Below, piece by piece: positions 10,175 through 20,387 of a DNA stretch of 64,000 bases. The notes under the pieces are model-generated. The model searched no databases. It was not told where the DNA came from and worked only from the letters and a program-made list of their open reading frames with translations. Positions within the stretch are counted from its first letter, which is position 1; each line of letters starts with the position of its first letter. The translations under genes were made by a program, and so were the position numbers. Origin of the DNA: Actinomycetota bacterium (GTDB lineage Bacteria > Actinomycetota > Actinomycetes > Actinomycetales > Microbacteriaceae); assembly GCA_041191965.1 (NCBI GenBank), contig JBEENW010000004.1, positions 39,334 to 103,333 on the forward strand. Reading direction: 5' to 3'.

Positions 10175-13100
10175 TTGAGCGAGTCTTTTGTTCACCTGCA
10201 CAATCACACCGAGTATTCGATGCTCGATGGGGCAGCGCGGGTAAAAAAGCTGATTGCAAAGGCAGTTGAACTTGGCATGCCCGCGATTGCGATGACCGAT
10301 CACGGCAATACCCACGGTGCTTATGAATTCTGGAAGCAGGCCAAGGCCCAGGGTATAAAGCCAATTATTGGCATTGAGGCATACGTTGCCCCAGGATCCC
10401 GTCTCGAGAAATCCAAGGTTCGTTGGGCCGATGGCGGAGATGACGATGTATCTGGAGGTGGCGCCTACAGCCACATGACCATGTGGTCAACCGATAACGC
10501 TTCGATGCAAAACCTTTTCCGGCTCTCGTCTGAGGCGTATTTGTCGGGCTACTACTTCAAACCTCGAATGGACCGAGAGCTTCTAAACAAATACGGCAAG
10601 GGTCTGATAGCTACAACCGGGTGTCCAGGTGGCGAGGTTCAGACCAGACTCCGACTGGGTCAATACGATGAGGCAATCCGCACAGCAGCTGAATTCCGAG
10701 ACATTTTTGGCGAGGGCAACTTTTTTGTGGAGGTCATGGACCACGGTCTTTCCATTGAAAAACGAGTTCGCGACGACCTGTTGCGCTTGGCCAAGGATTT
10801 GAGTCTGCCGCTGGTTGCAACAAACGATTTGCACTACACCAATCAGGAGGACCACGAGGCCCACGATGCACTGCTGTGCGTTCAGGTTGGTTCAAATATC
10901 TATGACCAAAATCGATTCAAGTTTGAATCTCAGGAGTACTACCTCAAGTCTGCAGCACAAATGCGGGAGCTCTTCAAGGACCTCCCAGAGGCAGCGAACA
11001 ACACTCTGCTAATTGCTGAGCGCTCAGAGGTAAATTTTGAAAAGCGCGACCTGATGCCTAGGTTCCCAGTCCCTGAGGGGGAGTCCGAGGCCGATTGGCT
11101 TGCCAAAGAGGTTTGGCGCGGCATGGATCGTCGATTCCCCCAGGGCTACTCCGATAAGCACCGCGAGCAGGCCGCTTATGAGCTAGATGTGATCGTTCGA
11201 ATGGGGTTCCCCGGCTACTTCTTGGTGGTTGCGGACTTCATCTCTTGGGCTCGTTCCCAGGGCATTCGAGTAGGTCCTGGTCGAGGATCTGCCGCCGGTT
11301 CGATCGTCGCCTACGCCCTAGGTATCACCGAACTTGATCCCCTGGAGCACGACCTAATCTTCGAGCGCTTTTTGAATCCGGAGCGTCTTTCAATGCCGGA
11401 TATCGACGTTGACTTTGACGACCGTCGCAGACCAGAAGTGATTAGGTATGTCACCGAGAAGTATGGCGATGACCGCGTCGCCCAGATCGTCACATTTGGA
11501 ACCATCAAGGCTAAGCAGGCGTTGAAGGATGCCGCTCGAGTTTTGGCCATGCCATATGCGGTTGGGGAGAAGCTGACCAAGGCCATGCCGCCTATGGTCC
11601 TGGGCAGAGATGTGTCGCTGAACGAGTTGATTGACCCTGCGGCAGAGCGCTACTCCGAGGCTGCTGAGTTTAGAGAAATCATCGAGAACGATGAAGAATC
11701 CAAACGTGTGTTTGATTTAGCCCAGGGTCTCGAGTCACTAAAGCGCCAGTGGGGAGTTCACGCTGCGGGTGTGATCATGTCAGCTGAACCGTTGATGGAT
11801 GTAATTCCGATCATGAAGCGCGAAGAGGACGGCGCCATCATCACCCAGTTTGATCAGCCTCCATGTGAGGATCTGGGTTTGCTAAAGATGGACTTTCTCG
11901 GCCTAAGAAACCTCACGGTGTTGGATGATGCCCTCGAAAACATTAGACAAAACCGTGGCGAGAACGTAGTTCTCGAGGAGCTTGACCTGAACTCGGATGA
12001 AAAAACCTTCGAGCTTCTTTCACGCGGTGACACCCTCGGCGTATTTCAGCTCGATGGTGATGCCATGCGACAGCTGCTGCGTCAGCTAAAGCCGACAGAG
12101 TTCGAGCACATCTCCGCGGTTATCGCGCTATATCGCCCCGGCCCAATGGGGATGAACTCACACATCAACTATGCCCAGCGTAAAAATGGTCAGCAGCAAT
12201 CTGAGCCCGTTCACCCCGAGCTTGAAGAGCCGCTGCGCGAAATCTTGGGACCCACCTACGGCCTGATTGTCTATCAGGAGCAGGTGATGGCAGCTGCGCA
12301 AAAAGTGGCGGGTTATTCGCTGGGTCAAGCAGACCTATTGCGCCGAGCCATGGGAAAGAAAAAACCCGAGGAACTGGAAAAGCAGTACGAGATCTTTAGC
12401 GCCGGTATGCAAGAGCGCAGCTATTCCAAGGAGGCCATCAAGGCGCTCTGGGAGACATTGCTACCGTTTGCCGACTACGCCTTCAACAAGGCTCACTCCG
12501 CCGGTTACGGTGTGCTGAGCTACTGGACGGCGTACCTCAAAGCGAACTACCCAGCTGAGTACATGGCAGCACTGCTCACAAGCGTCGGTGATTCAAAGGA
12601 CAAGCTCGCGATCTATCTAAACGAGTGTCGCAAAATGGGCATCAAAGTTTTGCCTCCCGATGTCAGTGAATCAATTGGGGTTTTTGCTGCGGTTGGTGAC
12701 GATATCCGATTTGGTCTTGGCGCCATTCGCAACGTTGGCAAAAACGTTGTGGACGCGATTGTCGAGGCCCGCAAGTCAGGCAAGTTCAGCTCCTTCCATG
12801 ACTTCCTGTCCCGAGTCGGACAGCAAGCAACTTCGAAGCGAGTAGTTGAATCGCTTATCAAGGCAGGGGCCTTTGACTCACTTGGCCACACCCGCAGGTC
12901 TTTGATTGCTATTCACGAAGAAGCAATTGACTCAGCAGTAGTTTTGAAAAAGCAGCAGGCATCGGGTCAAATGGACCTCTTCGGCGGTCTTTTGGAGGAG
13001 GATCCAGCCGTAATCGAAGTTCCAAATCTGCCAGAGTGGACTAAGCGGGACCTCCTCTCACACGAGCGAGAGATGCTTGGTCTATATGTCTCGGATCACC

Positions 13101-13663
13101 CGCTAGCGGGCATGGAAGCACTCTTGATGCGACACTCCGACATGGGAGTGATTGCGCTTCGCGAGACTCAGCTCAAAGACGGAGAAACGGTCACAATTGC
13201 CGGTTTGATCACGCAGGTTGCTCACCGCGTCGCAAGAACCTCGGGCAACCCTTACGGTCAAGTGACGCTTGAGGATTTTTCGGGCGAGATTTCAGTCATG
13301 TTTATGGGTAAGACCTATCTGGAGAATCGCGAACTTCTGATTGCCGATCAAACCGTCGCTATTCGCGGGAGAATCTCAAGGCGCGACGAGGAGGTAACCC
13401 TCCAAGCTTTTTCGATCGATGTCTTGGATGCCGGTCGTGAGCAAGGTGGCGTGCTGAAGCTTGCCATCAAGGAGTCAATGGCCAACAAGACCATCCTGGG
13501 CAAGTTGGGACAGATTCTGGACACTCACCCGGGGCCGGTAGAGGTGCAAGTGAAGCTGATCGGCTCAACGGTGAAACACTTCTTGCTGCCGCAGCGAGTA
13601 GCTGTAGGGCACGATCTTTTTGGAGAGCTCAAGGCTCTCCTGGGTCCGGACGCAGTCGACTAG
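10175..13663 (+). CDS. dnaE: DNA polymerase III alpha subunit
   Basis: PHP domain FVHLHNHTEYSMLDGA, GPGRGSAAGSIVAYALGIT and PDIDVDF. 1162 aa with no intein-sized insertion. An AGGAG RBS precedes the TTG start. Confidence 0.97.
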   Translation: MSESFVHLHNHTEYSMLDGAARVKKLIAKAVELGMPAIAMTDHGNTHGAYEFWKQAKAQGIKPIIGIEAYVAPGSRLEKSKVRWADGGDDDVSGGGAYSHMTMWSTDNASMQNLFRLSSEAYLSGYYFKPRMDRELLNKYGKGLIATTGCPGGEVQTRLRLGQYDEAIRTAAEFRDIFGEGNFFVEVMDHGLSIEKRVRDDLLRLAKDLSLPLVATNDLHYTNQEDHEAHDALLCVQVGSNIYDQNRFKFESQEYYLKSAAQMRELFKDLPEAANNTLLIAERSEVNFEKRDLMPRFPVPEGESEADWLAKEVWRGMDRRFPQGYSDKHREQAAYELDVIVRMGFPGYFLVVADFISWARSQGIRVGPGRGSAAGSIVAYALGITELDPLEHDLIFERFLNPERLSMPDIDVDFDDRRRPEVIRYVTEKYGDDRVAQIVTFGTIKAKQALKDAARVLAMPYAVGEKLTKAMPPMVLGRDVSLNELIDPAAERYSEAAEFREIIENDEESKRVFDLAQGLESLKRQWGVHAAGVIMSAEPLMDVIPIMKREEDGAIITQFDQPPCEDLGLLKMDFLGLRNLTVLDDALENIRQNRGENVVLEELDLNSDEKTFELLSRGDTLGVFQLDGDAMRQLLRQLKPTEFEHISAVIALYRPGPMGMNSHINYAQRKNGQQQSEPVHPELEEPLREILGPTYGLIVYQEQVMAAAQKVAGYSLGQADLLRRAMGKKKPEELEKQYEIFSAGMQERSYSKEAIKALWETLLPFADYAFNKAHSAGYGVLSYWTAYLKANYPAEYMAALLTSVGDSKDKLAIYLNECRKMGIKVLPPDVSESIGVFAAVGDDIRFGLGAIRNVGKNVVDAIVEARKSGKFSSFHDFLSRVGQQATSKRVVESLIKAGAFDSLGHTRRSLIAIHEEAIDSAVVLKKQQASGQMDLFGGLLEEDPAVIEVPNLPEWTKRDLLSHEREMLGLYVSDHPLAGMEALLMRHSDMGVIALRETQLKDGETVTIAGLITQVAHRVARTSGNPYGQVTLEDFSGEISVMFMGKTYLENRELLIADQTVAIRGRISRRDEEVTLQAFSIDVLDAGREQGGVLKLAIKESMANKTILGKLGQILDTHPGPVEVQVKLIGSTVKHFLLPQRVAVGHDLFGELKALLGPDAVD

Positions 13664-14178
13664 AAGTTGTCGGCGAGTCGCTCGCCGGTAGTCAGGTAGC
13701 CACGACGGTAGTAGAGAAGTGGCTCGGCATCAGTGTTTTCAAAACCACTGATTACATCCAAAACGACAACCGCATTTGCCGCGACCTCGAGCCTCGTTCT
13801 GACTTTTCCTAAAAGAACTGAAGATGTTTGAGGGAAGACCGGAACACCGGAAACCAGGCTGTACTCAATGTCTTTGAAGCGATCTTCTTTGGGTCCTGCC
13901 AGTTTTTGAGAAAGTGCCAGATTTTCAATGGTCAGGGTGTGGATGGCAACGCTTGACCCCTCGACCAGGTGATCATAAGAGGATGACCCTTGAGCGATGT
14001 TGAAGGAAACCAACGGTGGGTTAGAGCCAAGGGAGGTAACGGATGTCGCCGTGAACCCAATTGGCTCTCCAGCCTTCGTGCTGGCGGTGATTATGGCGAC
14101 TCCAGATGCATGCCGGCGAAACGCGGCCTTGAGTGCATCTGCGCCAAACAGATTGAAGTCGGTGGATTGATTAGTCAT
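13660..14178 (-). CDS. flavin reductase-like FMN-binding protein
   Basis: FRRHASGVAIITA motif and about 170 aa, typical of NAD(P)H-flavin reductase domain proteins. Confidence 0.75.
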   Translation of the reverse strand: MTNQSTDFNLFGADALKAAFRRHASGVAIITASTKAGEPIGFTATSVTSLGSNPPLVSFNIAQGSSSYDHLVEGSSVAIHTLTIENLALSQKLAGPKEDRFKDIEYSLVSGVPVFPQTSSVLLGKVRTRLEVAANAVVVLDVISGFENTDAEPLLYYRRGYLTTGERLADNF

Positions 14179-14228
14179 CTTAGATAAGGTTAGAGCATCA
14201 AATTCGCCAAATTATTCCGAGGTATTGA

Positions 14229-15533
14229 TTGCGGCTTTTAGAACTCACGGGCCCGATTACCGCTTCGCGGGTGAACACTTTGATTCCCAGGGCAACCATC
14301 GAAGACAATTCCACGATTGAGTCCAGCGTTTGGGCACTCTGCGAGGAGGTTAGAACCCTAGGTGAGGCGGCCCTTCGTGACCACGCTCAAAAGTTTGACC
14401 GTGTGCTGCCAGCCGGATTCAAGGTTTCGAGAGATCAGCTTCGCTCCGCCCTTGCAAACACTGCACCGGAATTGGTGGAGGCACTCAAAGAGGCGATCGC
14501 GAGAGTGCGCCGAGTGAGCGCTGCGGTTGTGCCCAGCGAAGTAAGCGTCGATCTTGGTGAGGGAGCCAACGTCACCCAGCGCTACGTGCCGGTGGATTCA
14601 GTTGGTTTGTATGTCCCAGGTGGTAAAGCTGTTTATCCGTCCAGTGTGATCATGAACGTGGTGCCAGCGCAGGTTGCAAATGTTCCACGAATTGTGATTG
14701 CCTCGCCGGCTCAGGCTGAATTCGATGGACTGCCACACCCGAGCATTCTCGCTGCTGCTGAGCTCTTAGGTGTAACTGAGGTTTATTCGATTGGCGGCGC
14801 AAGCGCAGTGGCTGCCTTCGCTTACGGGGTTCCTGAGATTGGACTCGACCCAGTAACCATGGTCACTGGACCGGGAAACATTTACGTTGCTACGGCCAAG
14901 CGCCTGCTTCGAGGCAAGATCGGTATCGACTCCGAAGCCGGACCCACTGAAATCCTCATCGTCGCTGACAAGACTGCGAATCCCGCTTTTGTTGCCGCAG
15001 ATCTAATTTCTCAAGCTGAACACGATGAGAATGCCGCAGCTGTATTGGTGACTGATTCGAAGGATCTAATTGAACGCGTCTTAGTTGAGGTTGATCGTCA
15101 GCTGGCTCTGGCAGCCAATCGCGAACGGGCTGCGATCGCCCTTGCAGGGGAGCAATCAGCGCTGGTGCTGGTAGAGAACATTCAGGCTGCAATTGCTGTG
15201 GCCAACCACTATGCAACTGAACACCTCGAGATTCAAACCGAGAGCCCTGAAGAGGTCGCCAAGCAAATCACTAACGCCGGCGCACTGTTTATCGGGGACT
15301 TCTCTCCGGTGAGCCTGGGGGATTACCTCGCAGGTTCAAACCACGTGTTACCTACTTCCCAGCAAGCGAAGTTCGGACCAGGTCTTGGGGTGCACACATT
15401 CCTTAGGCCACAGCAGGTCATTTCATACTCAAAGAGCGCACTGGCTGAGATTTCAACCCAGTTGGAGACCCTGTCCCACACCGAGGGTCTATCGGCCCAT
15501 GGCACCGCAGCTTCGATCAGAGAGGATCGCTGA
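14229..15533 (+). CDS. hisD: histidinol dehydrogenase
   Basis: Motifs SQAEHDENA and [13 protein letters not shown]; 434 aa. Confidence 0.93.
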   Translation: MRLLELTGPITASRVNTLIPRATIEDNSTIESSVWALCEEVRTLGEAALRDHAQKFDRVLPAGFKVSRDQLRSALANTAPELVEALKEAIARVRRVSAAVVPSEVSVDLGEGANVTQRYVPVDSVGLYVPGGKAVYPSSVIMNVVPAQVANVPRIVIASPAQAEFDGLPHPSILAAAELLGVTEVYSIGGASAVAAFAYGVPEIGLDPVTMVTGPGNIYVATAKRLLRGKIGIDSEAGPTEILIVADKTANPAFVAADLISQAEHDENAAAVLVTDSKDLIERVLVEVDRQLALAANRERAAIALAGEQSALVLVENIQAAIAVANHYATEHLEIQTESPEEVAKQITNAGALFIGDFSPVSLGDYLAGSNHVLPTSQQAKFGPGLGVHTFLRPQQVISYSKSALAEISTQLETLSHTEGLSAHGTAASIREDR

Positions 15534-15976
15534 TGTTCTGTCCATTTTGTCGAAATGCAGATTCCCGAGTAATCGACTCAAGAACTTCTGACGACGGCTC
15601 TTCCATTCGCCGTCGTCGTCAGTGTCCGGAGTGTCAGAAGCGCTTCACAACCGTTGAGACCGCAAGCCTGATGGTGACTAAGCGCTCGGGAGTAACCGAA
15701 CCATTTTCAAGAGACAAGATCGTCAGTGGTGTTCGCAAGGCCTGTCAAGGTAGGCCAGTTACCGATGCCGACCTTGCGCTACTTGCACAGCAGGTGGAGG
15801 AGACCCTCCGAGCCACAGGTGCTGCCTCTATTGAGGCGCAAGACATCGGCTTGGCAATCCTGGACCCACTCAGAAACCTGGATCATGTTGCATACATGCG
15901 ATTTGCGAGTGTCTACCAAGCTTGGGACTCTCTGGATGATTTCCAAAAGGCTATTGAGAGCTTGAGATCTGAATGA
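15533..15976 (+). CDS. nrdR: transcriptional repressor NrdR (zinc ribbon + ATP-cone)
   Basis: [17 protein letters not shown] and [10 protein letters not shown] zinc ribbon followed by an ATP-cone. The start shares one nt with the hisD stop (TGATG). Confidence 0.93.
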   Translation: MFCPFCRNADSRVIDSRTSDDGSSIRRRRQCPECQKRFTTVETASLMVTKRSGVTEPFSRDKIVSGVRKACQGRPVTDADLALLAQQVEETLRATGAASIEAQDIGLAILDPLRNLDHVAYMRFASVYQAWDSLDDFQKAIESLRSE

Positions 15977-16965
15977 TTTATCGCACGCTTTTCAATGTTT
16001 TTTTCAAACGTCTTGACCCCGAAGTTGCGCACCACCTGGTTGTCACAGTTCTTGAGGTCCTATCTGCGATTGGAATCCTCCGCGCAAGAAAAAGGCCCAG
16101 AGACATTAGGGTCATGGGAATTCTTTTTGAGAATCGTTTTGGTCTAGCTGCAGGCTTTGATAAAAATGCAACGCTCATCAAACCCATGCATGCATTGGGG
16201 TTTGGGCACGTTGAGATCGGCACGGTAACCCCCAGGCCTCAGCCAGGTAATCCAAAGCCAAGAATGTTTCGTCTCCCAGAGCAACAGGCTCTAATCAATC
16301 GGATGGGATTCAATAACGATGGCGCGGAGGTCATTGCAAAGCGCTTGGAAAAGTTGCGCGCCAGCGGTGAAAACCTTCCTGTCATCGGGGTGAACATCGG
16401 CAAAAACAAGGACACCCCCTCAGAGCTTGCTTATCAGGACTATCAGCTGGCGGCTGCAGCGCTGTCACCGTATGCCGACTATCTTGTAGTAAACGTGTCC
16501 TCGCCAAACACCCCCGGGCTGAGGGATCTGCAGCAGGTTGAGGCGCTAAAGCCCATTCTTGAGGCCACCATGGCAAATTCTTCAGGCAAGCCTGTCTTGC
16601 TCAAGCTATCTCCTGATCTGGCAGATCAAGACTTGGTTGAAATCCTGCAATTAGTCAAGAGCACGAAGCTTGCTGGAGTGATTGCGGCGAACACCACCAT
16701 AAGCCGCAATCTGAAGGCCGATCCAGCGGTTCTAGCTGAGGCTGGCGGTCTCTCTGGTCCGGTGTTGCGATCGCGATCCTTAGAGATGCTCCGTATCATC
16801 CGCCAAGAGCTGGATCGCACCTACTGCGTTATCTCCGTGGGGGGAGTGAGCAAACAGATCGAGGTTCAGGCTCGCGTTTCGCTCGGTGCAGACCTAGTCC
16901 AGGGTTACACCGGCTTTATCTATAACGGACCACTCTGGCCCGCACGGCTCGCAAAAATCGATTAG
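15973..16965 (+). CDS. pyrD: quinone-dependent (class 2) dihydroorotate dehydrogenase
   Basis: Motifs [18 protein letters not shown] and [11 protein letters not shown]. An ATGA overlap couples it to nrdR. Confidence 0.92.
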   Translation: MIYRTLFNVFFKRLDPEVAHHLVVTVLEVLSAIGILRARKRPRDIRVMGILFENRFGLAAGFDKNATLIKPMHALGFGHVEIGTVTPRPQPGNPKPRMFRLPEQQALINRMGFNNDGAEVIAKRLEKLRASGENLPVIGVNIGKNKDTPSELAYQDYQLAAAALSPYADYLVVNVSSPNTPGLRDLQQVEALKPILEATMANSSGKPVLLKLSPDLADQDLVEILQLVKSTKLAGVIAANTTISRNLKADPAVLAEAGGLSGPVLRSRSLEMLRIIRQELDRTYCVISVGGVSKQIEVQARVSLGADLVQGYTGFIYNGPLWPARLAKID

Positions 16966-17963
16966 CAGGGGCGTTCTGCAGGTGACTTAGTCAGGCTTGG
17001 GTCAGTCATGTAGACACCGGCCAGCACCTCGTCGACTTTCGACATCACATCCGCCGGAATCTCGACACCTGAGGCACCAAGGTTGTCCTTGATCTGATCT
17101 GGCCTGGAAGCTCCGACAATCGCAGCCGAGACTGCGTTGTTCTGCAATACCCAAGCCAGTGCAAACTGCGCCATAGTCAGACCCAGTCCCTCGGCGAGCG
17201 GACGGAGGTTTTGGACTGCGGTCAGGGTTGCCTCTCCCATGAACTTCTCAACGATCGAAGACATTGCAGGGTCGGCCGCACGCGAGCCTTCAGGAGCTGG
17301 CTGACCTGGCAGGTACTTTCCGGTCAGAACGCCCTGAGCCATTGGGGACCACACGATCTGACCCAGCCCTAGCTCAACGCTGGTTGGAATTACTTCTGCC
17401 TCGATTACACGCCAGAGCATCGAATATTGCGGTTGGTTAGAAATCAACTTGAATCCAAGCTGGGTCGCCAGCTGCTGTCCAGCACGGATCTGCTCAGCAT
17501 TCCATTCGGAGACTCCGACATAGAGCACCTTGCCCATGCGGACCAAGTCTGCAAAGGCCTGCATTGTCTCCTCGAGCGGGGTTTCGTAATCGAAACGGTG
17601 AGCTTGGTAGAGGTCAACGTAGTCAGTTTGCAGTCGAGTGAGTGAGCCGTTGATGGATTCGAAAATGTGCTTGCGGCTCAGGCCACAGTCATTTGGACCC
17701 TTGGCGCTAACCGGCCAGTAGACCTTAGTCAGAATCTCAAGACCCTCACGGCGCTGACCTTTTAGGGCCTTACCAAGCACCACTTCAGCGGCTTGGTTGG
17801 CGTAGGCATCGGCGGTGTCATAGGTTGTGATGCCACCCTCGAGAGCCGCGTTGACTGTAGCGATCGCCTGCTGCTCGGCAACTTGAGATGCGTGAGTAAG
17901 CCAGTTTCCATAAATCAGTTCGGATACTTTGAGTCCGGAGTTGCCTAGATAGCGATGCTTCAT
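16962..17963 (-). CDS. aldo/keto reductase family oxidoreductase
   Basis: YLGNSGLKVSELIYGNW and DTADAYANQAAE; 333 aa, as in Kv-beta-like AKRs. Confidence 0.85.
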   Translation of the reverse strand: MKHRYLGNSGLKVSELIYGNWLTHASQVAEQQAIATVNAALEGGITTYDTADAYANQAAEVVLGKALKGQRREGLEILTKVYWPVSAKGPNDCGLSRKHIFESINGSLTRLQTDYVDLYQAHRFDYETPLEETMQAFADLVRMGKVLYVGVSEWNAEQIRAGQQLATQLGFKLISNQPQYSMLWRVIEAEVIPTSVELGLGQIVWSPMAQGVLTGKYLPGQPAPEGSRAADPAMSSIVEKFMGEATLTAVQNLRPLAEGLGLTMAQFALAWVLQNNAVSAAIVGASRPDQIKDNLGASGVEIPADVMSKVDEVLAGVYMTDPSLTKSPAERPC

Positions 17964-17979
17964 GTTCTGCCCTTACTTA

Positions 17980-18516
17980 CTAGTCGATTTTTGCGAATCT
18001 TGAAACCTGAGGCTTTGGAATTCTTAGTGTGCGCATTTGAATGGAGCGCATTGCTCCGTACCAGCCCAGGCCACCCTCTACCTTGTCCGCACCAAACTTC
18101 TTGGCCACGCGCTTCTTCACCGACCGCGAAACCAGGAAGGCATCGAATGCGACTACGAGAAATAGCGACCACATTGCAAACAGCGAGATCAGCTGGACCT
18201 CATAGCTGTCGATAAAGGTTGTAAGCACGACCAGGAACATGGCTGGTAGCACCATTTCACCGGCAGTGAATCTGGAATCCACGATGTCACGAACGAACTT
18301 GCGCTGCGGTCCCTTGTCTCGATAGGTGAGGTAACGCTCGTCACCAGCCATCATGCCCTCCCGGGCTTTCTGGCGTTCTTCGCGAAGCTTCTCGCGCTGG
18401 GCCTTTTTGGCCTCCTTGCTGCGGTCGCCAACCAGTGGCTTTTTGCGAGCCTGCTCGCGAACTTTGCGAGGGGGAGTCGGTCTACCCTTGCCGGCTGGTG
18501 AATTGGTTTCTGACAT
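17980..18516 (-). CDS. DUF3043-like membrane protein
   Basis: Lys/Arg-rich N-terminus (GKGRPTPPRK) followed by two TM helices. I place the start at the ATG at 18516, which has a GAGAGG RBS 6 nt upstream. The ORF-track start at 18630 would overlap the divergent gene. Confidence 0.65.
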   Translation of the reverse strand: MSETNSPAGKGRPTPPRKVREQARKKPLVGDRSKEAKKAQREKLREERQKAREGMMAGDERYLTYRDKGPQRKFVRDIVDSRFTAGEMVLPAMFLVVLTTFIDSYEVQLISLFAMWSLFLVVAFDAFLVSRSVKKRVAKKFGADKVEGGLGWYGAMRSIQMRTLRIPKPQVSRFAKID

Positions 18517-18540
18517 GCGGAACCTCTCAAGATCTGGGAC

Positions 18541-18547
18541 TAGATTA
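18541..18547. promoter_or_regulatory. shared AT-rich box TAGATTA giving candidate -10 hexamers on both strands
   Basis: On the plus strand, TAGATT lies at -12..-7 of the ATG at 18553, which has no SD (leaderless geometry). On the minus strand, TAATCT (complement of 18542-18547) lies about 25 nt upstream of the DUF3043 ATG, which does have an SD. Confidence 0.45.
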
Positions 18548-18552
18548 TCGCC

Positions 18553-19956
18553 ATGACATTCTCTAAAGTCTCGGTTTCTAGCGAACTGCAATTCAAAGTC
18601 GAATCTTTTGTTCAGGAGAACTTCTCTCAAGTGGTTGGTGATCTTGGTGAACTGGTCAAGATTCCGGGCATTGCATGGCCAAGCTTTGATCCAAATAATC
18701 TGACTCGATCCGCCGAGGCCGTAAAGAATCTGCTTGCCAGCACGGGACTTTTCGATTTTGTAGAAATCAGGACTGCTCTCAAGCCAAACGGCGAGCCCGG
18801 CTCACCTGCCGTTCTCGCACGCAGGGCAGCCAAAGCTGATGCTCCTCATGTGTTGCTCTACGCACACCACGATGTTCAGCCTCCGGGGAATCCAGAGCTA
18901 TGGGAGAGTGAACCGTTTCAGGCAACTCTCAAGGGTGAGCGCCTCTACGGCCGAGGAGTCAGTGATGATAAAGCAGGCGTGGTAACACACCTCTATGCTC
19001 TGAAGACTCTTGCTGAGTTGGCAAGTGATGTGAACCTCGGAATCACGTTGTTCATTGAGGGCGAAGAGGAAGCCGGAAGTGAATCATTCTCAAACTTTCT
19101 TGCCGATAACAGAGCTGAGCTAGCAGCGGATCTGATCATCGTTGCCGATAGCGGCAATTGGTCAATCGATACCCCAGCGTTGACCAGCACGCTTCGAGGC
19201 GTTGTGTCGCAGACCTTCACCGTCAAGACCATGGATCACGCCTTGCACTCTGGAATGTTTGGTGGCCCTTTGCCTGATGCAATGACCGCTATGGTGCGAC
19301 TTTTGGCAACGCTGAACGATGAGGCAGGAAACGTTGCGGTAGCTGGACTCAAGACGGTCGATGTCGCAGAGCTTCCGTTTTCAGATGAAGATTTCAGGGA
19401 GCAAGCCGGGTTGCTTGATGGCGTGGAGCGAATTGGAACACACTCATTGCTCAAGCAAAACTGGGGTGCACCAGCGATCACAATCATTGGTTTGGATGCA
19501 CCTGCGGTCGCCACATCTTCGAACACGGCCCAGCCACAGATAACTGCTCGCGTTTCAATGCGTTTAGCGCCGGGTGAGGATCCTAACCACGGGCTTGCCA
19601 TGCTTCGCGAACACCTCGTCAAGCACGCTCCGTTCGGAGCCCACATTGAATTTGGTCACTCTGAGCAGGGCCCCGGTTACTTCGCCAAGCAGGGTTGGGG
19701 AGCTGAGCTAGCGAAGGACATCTTGAGTCGAGTTTGGCCTGAGCCTGCCGTCGAAATCGGAGTAGGTGGGTCAATTCCCTTCATTTCTGAATTCGCAACA
19801 GTTTTCCCTGATGCTGAAATCCTTGTTACTGGAGTCGAGGATCCCGATTCCAGGGCGCACTCTCCAAACGAGTCGCAGCACCTTCCGACCCTGAAGCGAG
19901 CAATATGCGCAGAGGCGCTTTTGCTGCTTGCAGGGAATCAGATGCGTCGTAGCTAG
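18553..19956 (+). CDS. M20-family metallopeptidase / dipeptidase
   Basis: Motifs YAHHDVQPPG, GRGVSDDKAG and EGEEEAGS. Confidence 0.85.
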   Translation: MTFSKVSVSSELQFKVESFVQENFSQVVGDLGELVKIPGIAWPSFDPNNLTRSAEAVKNLLASTGLFDFVEIRTALKPNGEPGSPAVLARRAAKADAPHVLLYAHHDVQPPGNPELWESEPFQATLKGERLYGRGVSDDKAGVVTHLYALKTLAELASDVNLGITLFIEGEEEAGSESFSNFLADNRAELAADLIIVADSGNWSIDTPALTSTLRGVVSQTFTVKTMDHALHSGMFGGPLPDAMTAMVRLLATLNDEAGNVAVAGLKTVDVAELPFSDEDFREQAGLLDGVERIGTHSLLKQNWGAPAITIIGLDAPAVATSSNTAQPQITARVSMRLAPGEDPNHGLAMLREHLVKHAPFGAHIEFGHSEQGPGYFAKQGWGAELAKDILSRVWPEPAVEIGVGGSIPFISEFATVFPDAEILVTGVEDPDSRAHSPNESQHLPTLKRAICAEALLLLAGNQMRRS

Positions 19957-19983
19957 TTAAACTTTTAAGCAACAGGAGGAAAC

Positions 19984-20319
19984 ATGTCACAGGCACACGG
20001 TGTAGTACTTACCCCAACGGCAGTTGAGAAGGTAAAGAATTTGCTAACCGCGGAGGGCAGAGACGATTTGCGCTTGCGAGTGGCCGTTGAGCCGGGCGGA
20101 TGCTCTGGTTTGATCTACCAGCTCTTCTTTGACGAGCAGGTCGAGGAGGCAGATGCAATCGTGGCCTTCGACGGCGTCGAGGTAGTGGTAGATCCGATGA
20201 GCGTTCCTTACCTAGACGGAGCCTCAATTGATTTTGAGGACTCAATCCAGAAACAGGGCTTCACTATTGACAATCCAAATGCTGCCGGCACCTGTGCGTG
20301 TGGAGATTCCTTCAGCTAA
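19984..20319 (+). CDS. HesB/IscA-family iron-sulfur cluster insertion protein
   Basis: Cys ligands in GGCSGLIYQL and the C-terminal GTCACGDSF. An AGGAGG RBS is present. Confidence 0.85.
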   Translation: MSQAHGVVLTPTAVEKVKNLLTAEGRDDLRLRVAVEPGGCSGLIYQLFFDEQVEEADAIVAFDGVEVVVDPMSVPYLDGASIDFEDSIQKQGFTIDNPNAAGTCACGDSFS

Positions 20320-20387
20320 ATCGGTGCGAAACGCCTGAAACTAGAGTGTTTTGGGTCTAGACTTTTACCGTCTGCAGCCCAAGAAGG

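Noticed and set aside
12660-12690. ATGTCAGTG inside dnaE, resembling the PafBC-dependent (RecA-NDp) TGTCAGTG element. TCGAAC/GTTCGA-like LexA half-sites elsewhere were also considered.
   Set aside because: The site lies deep inside coding sequence, no TAnnnT occurs at the required distance, and there are no paired LexA half-sites with N4 spacing in any spacer.
10175-13663. Inteins or programmed frameshifts in dnaE, sufB and other large genes; pseudogenes in general.
   Set aside because: All large ORFs are uninterrupted and of normal length for intein-free orthologues. No adjacent same-family ORF fragments were seen.
13671-13687. A CGGCGAG-TCG-CTCGCCG hairpin just after the dnaE stop, as a possible embedded terminator.
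   Set aside because: No U-tract follows on either strand and the stem is only 7 bp. It could be a U-tract-less terminator, but the evidence is much weaker than for the rpmE2 and fabI cases.
20325-20334. The 10-mer TGCGAAACGC occurs in two spacers (20325-20334 upstream of ctaC and 49528-49537 upstream of rpmE2, the latter within the palindrome TTGCGAAACGCAA). A 9/10 copy lies upstream of ftsZ (5344-5353).
   Set aside because: A back-of-envelope estimate gives a few exact 10-mer repeats expected by chance among the roughly 2 kb of spacer DNA on both strands. The arms are only 3-5 bp, and I know no regulator with this site. It is not strong enough to report as a regulon.
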